Assembly (NCBI GenBank): GCA_027491735.1
Contig: JAOZGP010000018.1
Span: 1 to 39,864 of the forward strand
Reading direction: 5' to 3'
DNA: 39,864 nucleotides
DNA from: Thermoproteota archaeon
Lineage (GTDB): Archaea; Korarchaeota; Korarchaeia; Korarchaeales; Korarchaeaceae
This document shows, piece by piece, positions 34,164-39,864 of this stretch; the first letter of the stretch is position 1; the number at the start of each line of letters is the position of its first letter. The notes under the pieces are model-generated. The model was not told the DNA's origin. It was given only the letters and a program-made list of their open reading frames with translations, and did not search any database. The position numbers and the translations under genes were made by a program.

Positions 34164-35528
34164 GTGTCAGTGGTCTTGATATCGATCATTTCGAGAATAT
34201 CTCCTGCGGTGCGGTTGAACAGGGAAACTTACGGGGTCGTCATTCATGACGTCGATCTGAACGTTGTCGGGGTCACGGATCCCCTCTCTGGATACATGCT
34301 CAATCTGATGGTGAAGTACGGAATTAACTCAGCCGTGGACTCCCTCAGTCCTCTGATAGGTGAGAAGGAGGCCGTTAACCTCGCCTACAAGATGATCTCG
34401 AACATGCCAAATCTCTCCCTGTACGTTGGAAAGTACACCAAGGACTACTACTCCATTTACTACAGGAGGATCTCTGACGAGGCCCTTCTCTCGCATGATG
34501 TAAAGCTCGAGGACCTGATAAGAGCCAATCTCGGATATAGATCTTCCTTGGTCCCGGAGAAGATATACATATGGAACCTGAACGGTCCCAAGGCTTCAGA
34601 TGTGAACTTCTTCTTCTATCCTGCTGTGGACGATAGGAGGCTCCTCCCGAACCATGTCATAATACTGGAGGCCCGGAGGATCTATTTCATAGAAGATGTC
34701 TTCAGATTCCTTCCGGACTGGACCTTCAAGGAGGTCAGGGTAAGCAGGATACCTAATTCCGAGGATGAGCTCCTCAGCTTGAAGGGCCTGCTGGACAAGG
34801 TGAGCATCGAGGTGAGCCACAACTACCTCACCAAGAACGTTGACAGAGTGCAGGACTTCATAGACGCCATCAACGAGCACGGCATAAGAACGGAGCTGGC
34901 GTATGTACCTCCGGCTCATCCGGAGGACCTCGGGATCTTGAGGAGGTTCCTGGCGAGAACAGATGTCCTCAAGATAAAACCCTTCAGCGTGATGCAGGGA
35001 CCCAGCTGGAAAACAACACCGTCGACGCAATCAATAAGATCCCTCAAGAAGCTTCTGGAGGGGGAGGTCAGTGAAGCCCAGAGAATCGGTTCCTACATCG
35101 TGTATGAGGACTGCCAGGTGATTGATGTCAGGCATCTGGATAGAACGCTCGACTGCAGTGGTGGAGGTGTAGCTCCTCGGAGGTTGCCCTATAGATGCCC
35201 AGCTTACAGGACGGTGATGGCCGTACTCCCCAATGGAGATGTGGTGGGGTGTCCTTGGATGCTGTTCATCAGCAAGAAGTCGCTCGAGGTCCTGAAGATG
35301 GGCAACATACTTCGAGATCACTTCGATGGCATATGGGGCGAGAGGATTGAGTACTTAGCGTTCCCGAGGAGGACCTACTTCGTCAACTCCAGATGTCATG
35401 ATTGCGAGTATTTCCCCGTTTGCAGCAGATACTTCGGCTTCTGCTATGTGTGGAACGACTTTTTGACAGGAAATCCCTTCTCCAGGGACAGGTTCTGTGG
35501 GAGGAGCAATCAATCCGGCACGACGTGA
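34164..35528 (+). CDS. SPASM-domain protein with degenerate radical-SAM-like core (no CxxxCxxC)
   Basis: CPAYRTVMAVLPNGDVVGC...GNI...CHDCEYFPVC...FC...RFC; no Cys in the first ~310 aa; SD AGGAGGTG suggests GTG 34170 as start. Confidence 0.8.
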   Translation: MSVVLISIISRISPAVRLNRETYGVVIHDVDLNVVGVTDPLSGYMLNLMVKYGINSAVDSLSPLIGEKEAVNLAYKMISNMPNLSLYVGKYTKDYYSIYYRRISDEALLSHDVKLEDLIRANLGYRSSLVPEKIYIWNLNGPKASDVNFFFYPAVDDRRLLPNHVIILEARRIYFIEDVFRFLPDWTFKEVRVSRIPNSEDELLSLKGLLDKVSIEVSHNYLTKNVDRVQDFIDAINEHGIRTELAYVPPAHPEDLGILRRFLARTDVLKIKPFSVMQGPSWKTTPSTQSIRSLKKLLEGEVSEAQRIGSYIVYEDCQVIDVRHLDRTLDCSGGGVAPRRLPYRCPAYRTVMAVLPNGDVVGCPWMLFISKKSLEVLKMGNILRDHFDGIWGERIEYLAFPRRTYFVNSRCHDCEYFPVCSRYFGFCYVWNDFLTGNPFSRDRFCGRSNQSGTT

Positions 35529-36079
35529 TGAGCTCTGCATCTGGGTTCGTATCTCTCCTTTCCAGCCACTAATATTGTTGGAGAGCTTCTAGGGGCCGGT
35601 CTTCCATCAATAAGACGCTGAGTCATGGTGGCCGGTCCTCCGCATACCGTGCAAACGGCTGTTAACTTAATCACCTCGTCAGCTATGGCCAGGATCTTGG
35701 GCATGGGCCCGAAAGGATCGCCTCTGAAGTCCTTATCGAGTCCTGCCAGGATGACCAATTTTCCGGAGTTAGCAAGCCTTCTCACGACGTCAACAATCCC
35801 GTCGTCGAAGAACTGAACCTCATCCACAGCGATCACGTCGTAATCCGAGGCCAGTCTCTCCACCTCAGCAGATCCCTTGACGGGGACTGCTTTCATCTTT
35901 CTGCCATCATGACTGACGACCTCGTCTGTTGAATATCTATTATCCAGCCTGTGTTTCAGGATTAAAACCCTCTTCCTCGCCAACAAATGCCTCTTGACCT
36001 CTATCAAGAGCTCATCGGTTTTCCTAGCGAACATCGGTCCTGTGAAGACCTTGATCCAGCCAGCCCTTGGGGACCCCAT
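35510..36079 (-). CDS. tdk: Thymidine kinase
   Basis: GPMFARKT, VDEVQFF, AGLDKDFRG, zinc site CTVC...CRAHH. Confidence 0.95.
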   Translation of the reverse strand: MGSPRAGWIKVFTGPMFARKTDELLIEVKRHLLARKRVLILKHRLDNRYSTDEVVSHDGRKMKAVPVKGSAEVERLASDYDVIAVDEVQFFDDGIVDVVRRLANSGKLVILAGLDKDFRGDPFGPMPKILAIADEVIKLTAVCTVCGGPATMTQRLIDGRPAPRSSPTILVAGKERYEPRCRAHHVVPD

Positions 36080-36121
36080 CCCCTCTTCATCAAGCTTTTT
36101 CTTTAATTATCCTTTCTTCTC

Positions 36122-36787
36122 ATGATGCTGAGGTCGGACGAGCTTCTAAAAGCGCTCAGGAGAGAGTTCAAAATAAATCACAAGGATTTCGTCGCCTTAG
36201 CGACAAGGGATCCCTTCGAGCTTCTCGTAGCCACGATCCTCTCACAGAACACGAGTGACAAAAACTCCTCCAGGGCGCTTGAGGAGCTAAGGAGGAGGGT
36301 AGGGACCTCCCCGGAGAACCTCTCCAGAGCCAGCGGGGAGGAGATAGCTGAGGCCATAAGGACTGCTGGGCTCCACAGAACGAAGGCCAAGGCCCTGAGA
36401 AAGCTTGCAGATGAGGTGATGAGGAGGTACTCAGGAGACATCAAGAGGCTACTCGCCATGCCCCTTGACAAGGCTAGGAGAGAGCTGATGAGCCTCCCTA
36501 AAGTCGGGGAGAAAACTGCAGATGTCTTTCTTCTATTCCTTGGAGAAAAACCCACCTTTCCCGTAGACACCCACATCAGAAGGGTGTCCAGAAGGCTGGG
36601 AATCGCTGAAGGAAGCTATGAGGACATAAGAAAATCATTGATGAAGTTCTTTAATCCAAAAGACTATTTAGAAGCTCATTTACTGCTGATATCCCTTGGA
36701 AGAAGGTACTGCATGGCTAGGAAACCTGCCTGTGGAATCTGCCCGTTAAAGGATATCTGCCCCAAGGTTTTCGAGGAGAGAGGCTAG
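36122..36787 (+). CDS. nth: Endonuclease III (HhH-GPD glycosylase)
   Basis: LLVATILSQNT, LPKVGEKTA, VDTH, 4Fe-4S motif CMARKPACGICPLKDIC. Confidence 0.95.
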   Translation: MMLRSDELLKALRREFKINHKDFVALATRDPFELLVATILSQNTSDKNSSRALEELRRRVGTSPENLSRASGEEIAEAIRTAGLHRTKAKALRKLADEVMRRYSGDIKRLLAMPLDKARRELMSLPKVGEKTADVFLLFLGEKPTFPVDTHIRRVSRRLGIAEGSYEDIRKSLMKFFNPKDYLEAHLLLISLGRRYCMARKPACGICPLKDICPKVFEERG

Positions 36788-36997
36788 ACCCTCTCTCACA
36801 ACCCTGTCCGATCTGTCTCCAAGCCATCTAGGTCCTTCAAGCATGCCCCTTATCTCCTTTTTCATCTCTTCAACACCTTCAGCCGTAAGGTGGATCTGTA
36901 AACCCCTCCTTCCATCATCGTACAGGGACAGCCTGGTCACAAGGAGGTTCTCCCTTCTAAACACGACTCCGTCCACTCTCAGTCTCCCCATCTCCAT
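36746..36997 (-). CDS. Hypothetical small protein
   Basis: 83-aa ORF filling the gap between nth and the next gene; no family recognised. Confidence 0.45.
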   Translation of the reverse strand: MEMGRLRVDGVVFRRENLLVTRLSLYDDGRRGLQIHLTAEGVEEMKKEIRGMLEGPRWLGDRSDRVVREGLASLLENLGADIL

Positions 36998-37053
36998 GAT
37001 GTGTTGTCAGCCATCGTGAAGAGATAAATTTTAGCGAGCGATGAAGTTCTGTT

Positions 37054-37749
37054 ATGGTCGTTGTGGGGGTGACCTGTCACAACAACTGGAAGGAAGACCT
37101 CCTTGAGCTGAGAGGCGATTATGTGAGGAGGCTCATGGAGGCGGGTGCCACACCCATGATCCTCCCATCAGTTCCTGAGCTTGCCGACGAGATAGCGAAC
37201 GAAATAGATGCTCTTCTCCTCTCCGGAGGTGAGGACGTAAACCCTTTGATCTACGGGGAGCCACCTTCTCACAACATCAGGTCGCTCGACCCGATCAGAG
37301 ATGAGTTCGAGGTAAAACTGATAAGGAGAATTACAGCGGCGAGAAAACCTATCCTCGCCATCTGTAGAGGAATACAGATTCTAAACGTATCCCTCGGAGG
37401 AACCCTAATTCAGGACATCTCGAGCCAGGTGAAGGGCAGCATCAAGCACGACTGGGACAGGAAGTCCTACCCACCATGGACACCGGTCCACAAGGTCTTC
37501 ATTGAGGAGGGAAGCCTCCTTCACAGGATTGTTGATCGGACGGTCTTGGAGGTCAACAGCTATCATCATCAAGCAGTTCTTAGGCCAGGAGAAGGGCTTA
37601 AGACGTCAGCTAAAAGCGAGGATGGTATCATAGAGGCCGTTGAGAGGGAGAAAGGGTTTATACTCGGAGTTCAGTGGCATCCTGAGGGTATGAGCGATGA
37701 GCCCTCAAGGATGATCTTCAGGGCCCTGATCCAGGCATCCAGAAGATGA
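37054..37749 (+). CDS. Peptidase C26 / gamma-glutamyl-gamma-aminobutyrate hydrolase (PuuD-like)
   Basis: LLSGGEDV, AICRGIQ, VNSYHHQA, GVQWHPE. Confidence 0.92.
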   Translation: MVVVGVTCHNNWKEDLLELRGDYVRRLMEAGATPMILPSVPELADEIANEIDALLLSGGEDVNPLIYGEPPSHNIRSLDPIRDEFEVKLIRRITAARKPILAICRGIQILNVSLGGTLIQDISSQVKGSIKHDWDRKSYPPWTPVHKVFIEEGSLLHRIVDRTVLEVNSYHHQAVLRPGEGLKTSAKSEDGIIEAVEREKGFILGVQWHPEGMSDEPSRMIFRALIQASRR

Positions 37750-37795
37750 AAGAAAACCCTTTTATGGTGCAGCGCTGAGGTTATAACGATGACCC

Positions 37796-38098
37796 ATGTT
37801 AAACCTGAGGTTCGAGGTTATTGAGGTCAGAAAGACTGAGGAGTATGTGGAGCTCCTTTTGAACAGGCAGATGAGTACTATTGTTCAGGAATATCCTGCT
37901 CCTGAGAGCGAGGAGGAGGAGATGGTCTACTCGATGATGAAGGCCTTCGAGAGGTTCTTCAGATTTCCTCTTCCACAAAAGCAGCAGTTCAGCATGCTCC
38001 TTCGCCTGTCCACGGATGAGTACTCCAGACTCGGCAGGCCCACTGTGGGCGATCTCCTGGATATCACCCTGAAGAGGACCGAGGAGGTAACTGGATGA
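37796..38098 (+). CDS. Hypothetical protein, arcadin-1-like pattern
   Basis: C-terminal LRLSTDEYSRLGRPTVGDLLDITL; beta-beta-helix-beta layout. Confidence 0.5.
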   Translation: MLNLRFEVIEVRKTEEYVELLLNRQMSTIVQEYPAPESEEEEMVYSMMKAFERFFRFPLPQKQQFSMLLRLSTDEYSRLGRPTVGDLLDITLKRTEEVTG

Positions 38099-38508
38099 GG
38101 GTTGTTCAGGGGGAGTTCACCCTGAGCACCAGGAGAAAGCTGGAGCTCGTTGACATAACAGGCAGAGTGGAGAACTTCGTCAGAGGATCTGGTGTGAGGA
38201 ACGGGATCTGTCTGGTGTACCTTCCTCACGCCACAGCAGCCCTCATAGCCAACGAGCACGAAGAAGGGCTCATGGAGGATATCATCAGGAAGATATCTGA
38301 GGAGTTTCCTCACGATTCTGAATGGAAGCACAACCTGATAGACGATAATGCACCAGCTCATCTGGCGTCCTCGTTCATGGGGAGCTCTCGAGTATTTCCG
38401 ATCTCCGGCGGGAGGCTTGTGAGGGGAACCTGGCAGAACATATTTTTTGTGGAGCTCGATGGTCCTAGACCTGTGAGGAAGGTTTTTCTGACAGCTATGG
38501 GTGATTGA
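38095..38508 (+). CDS. yjbQ: YjbQ/UPF0047 family protein
   Basis: HATAALIANE, DNAPAHL, GTWQNIFFVELDGPR. Confidence 0.93.
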   Translation: MRVVQGEFTLSTRRKLELVDITGRVENFVRGSGVRNGICLVYLPHATAALIANEHEEGLMEDIIRKISEEFPHDSEWKHNLIDDNAPAHLASSFMGSSRVFPISGGRLVRGTWQNIFFVELDGPRPVRKVFLTAMGD

Positions 38509-38691
38509 ATGCCTAAAAGCGTGGTAATAAGCGTGAGGGTGGATGAGAGGATCAGAAGGATATTAGAAGAGGCTGGAATCGACATCCCCAGGGAGGTGAA
38601 GAGATTCTTGGAGGACCTCGCCGTGAAGGTGGAGACCAGGAGGTCCATCGATCGAATAGATCGGATACTCAGGAGGATCGCCGAGGAATGA
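38509..38691 (+). CDS. VapB-like antitoxin (ribbon-helix-helix)
   Basis: SVVISVRVDERIRRILEEAGID..REVKRFLE; overlaps the PIN gene by ATGA. Confidence 0.75.
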   Translation: MPKSVVISVRVDERIRRILEEAGIDIPREVKRFLEDLAVKVETRRSIDRIDRILRRIAEE

Positions 38692-39056
38692 GGATATTTG
38701 ATGACAGCTGCTTTGAGGGTCTTCTCTCAGCGAAGAGGGATAGGATAGAGAAGCTGATGGTGGATGGAGTTGTGACCTTTGACTTCGTTCTGTTTGAGTT
38801 CTCGGTCAGCGTGCTCGAGAGGTACGGCAGGAAGGGAGCGGATCTGGTCTCAGTGCTAGCTGACATGCCCATCAGGGTCTTGAGCTCGAAGAGATTTCTA
38901 AGGGCCGCACTAGACACCTTCTTGGAGTTGAACATTGACCTGAAGTACTCCTTATTCATAGAGGCAGCTAAGAAATCGAAGAGGGTTCTGGTCACCTGCA
39001 GAAGAGATCTAGCTGAGCAGGCGACCAAGCTGGGGGCGGAGGTCCTCCTCATCTAG
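38688..39056 (+). CDS. PIN-domain (VapC-like) protein with degenerate active site
   Basis: IFDDS, TFDFVLFEF, SLFIEAA...LVT...LAEQA.KLG. Confidence 0.7.
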   Translation: MRIFDDSCFEGLLSAKRDRIEKLMVDGVVTFDFVLFEFSVSVLERYGRKGADLVSVLADMPIRVLSSKRFLRAALDTFLELNIDLKYSLFIEAAKKSKRVLVTCRRDLAEQATKLGAEVLLI

Positions 39057-39534
39057 GAGGCTCGGGGGGCCATGTGCTCGTGCTCTCGTAGTACCAGCAG
39101 ATCACATCTCCATTCCTCAACCTGTAGCTGCTGGCAGCCACGGAACCCATCCTCCATTTTCTCGAGGAACTATCCCACACCCAGTAGATCCAGTATGTTC
39201 TGTTCGAGGGGTTGTTTCTGATACCCTCTATTGACCTCACAAATGCTCCATACTTGCTCCATGTGTAGTTGACCTGGACAACGGACTCCGTGGCGTTCAG
39301 GAGGGTTGCTCCTATAGGCACTATGGTATCATTATACCACCTCTTGAAATCACCGTGCTCTATGAGGAGGTTGACCTTGACCGTGTACTTGCTGAGCTCG
39401 GCAGAGCATCGCCTCAACGAACTCACATACATTGACTTGTAGTAGTGTGCATCCCTCCAGCACTTCACCACAGCCCCAGCAAGCAGGAGGACCATCACGA
39501 GAAGAACCCCTATCATCACGTTTTTAGTATCCAT
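39049..39534 (-). CDS. Membrane-anchored DUF4430 (transcobalamin C-terminal-like) protein
   Basis: N-terminal TM helix; YGAFVRSIEGI...YWIYWVW...VAASSYRLRNGDVICWYY. Confidence 0.82.
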   Translation of the reverse strand: MDTKNVMIGVLLVMVLLLAGAVVKCWRDAHYYKSMYVSSLRRCSAELSKYTVKVNLLIEHGDFKRWYNDTIVPIGATLLNATESVVQVNYTWSKYGAFVRSIEGIRNNPSNRTYWIYWVWDSSSRKWRMGSVAASSYRLRNGDVICWYYESTSTWPPEPPR

Positions 39535-39807
39535 AACACCTCAGTGCGATTCAGGTTTCCCTTTCCTTAATATCTTTTCCGCCCAGTTTCATGGAGCGGA
39601 GTGGGACATCTGGGTGATGTTCACGGCTGTATGCTCGCTGGTGGGAGCAAGTAGATTCCTTTGACATTCTCCACAGCTAAAGCGGGTAATCTCGCTCTTG
39701 AAAGCTCCATTCTTATCTACATCCGCATCGAGCTTTTACAGGAGGTTCTGAGAAAGTCCCTCGCCTCAGCGGGAGGATGAATCAGGGAGTGGGTTGGAGA
39801 CTGTTCG

Positions 39808-39864
39808 TCAGATCAAGTACCCTGCATCGAGCTTCAGGATGGTGAGGTCCTGACTGTACGCTAC
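39808..39864 (-). CDS. Possible 3' end of a gene entering from beyond the window
   Basis: Open frame VAYSQDLTILKLDAGYLI* ending at TGA 39810-39808. Confidence 0.35.
   Translation of the reverse strand, partial: VAYSQDLTILKLDAGYLI

Noticed and set aside
1-39864. CRISPR arrays, tRNA or rRNA genes, integrases
   Set aside because: None recognised on either strand by eye.

Overview
Archaeal chromosomal segment with TATA/BRE promoters, GGAGGTGA-type Shine-Dalgarno (SD) sites and oligo-T terminators. Gene content, especially the ATL-EndoV fusion, suggests a Korarchaeota-like thermophile (inference). Mostly housekeeping: Dpp/Opp ABC transporter, apgM, ppdK, MFS/PadR/NikR, an AfuABC/FbpABC-like ABC transporter with a secreted metallophosphoesterase, a GlmU-like enzyme, argS, wecB, tdk, nth, a PuuD-like hydrolase, yjbQ, a VapBC-like pair and DUF4430. 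Most notable: (1) a non-FtsZ tubulin-superfamily GTPase directly behind a 513-aa coiled-coil protein (candidate uncharacterised cytomotive module); (2) a circularly permuted peptide-binding protein fused to an S-layer-like domain; (3) a 70-bp copy of an internal piece of that gene 27 kb away, in antisense orientation if transcribed with argS; (4) TnpB-element relics on both sides of apgM, including a protein-less ~220-bp mini-element keeping an omegaRNA-like scaffold; (5) a SPASM-domain protein lacking the radical-SAM CxxxCxxC motif; (6) an orphan arcadin-1-like gene. All family calls come from motif recognition by eye; no database searches were run.
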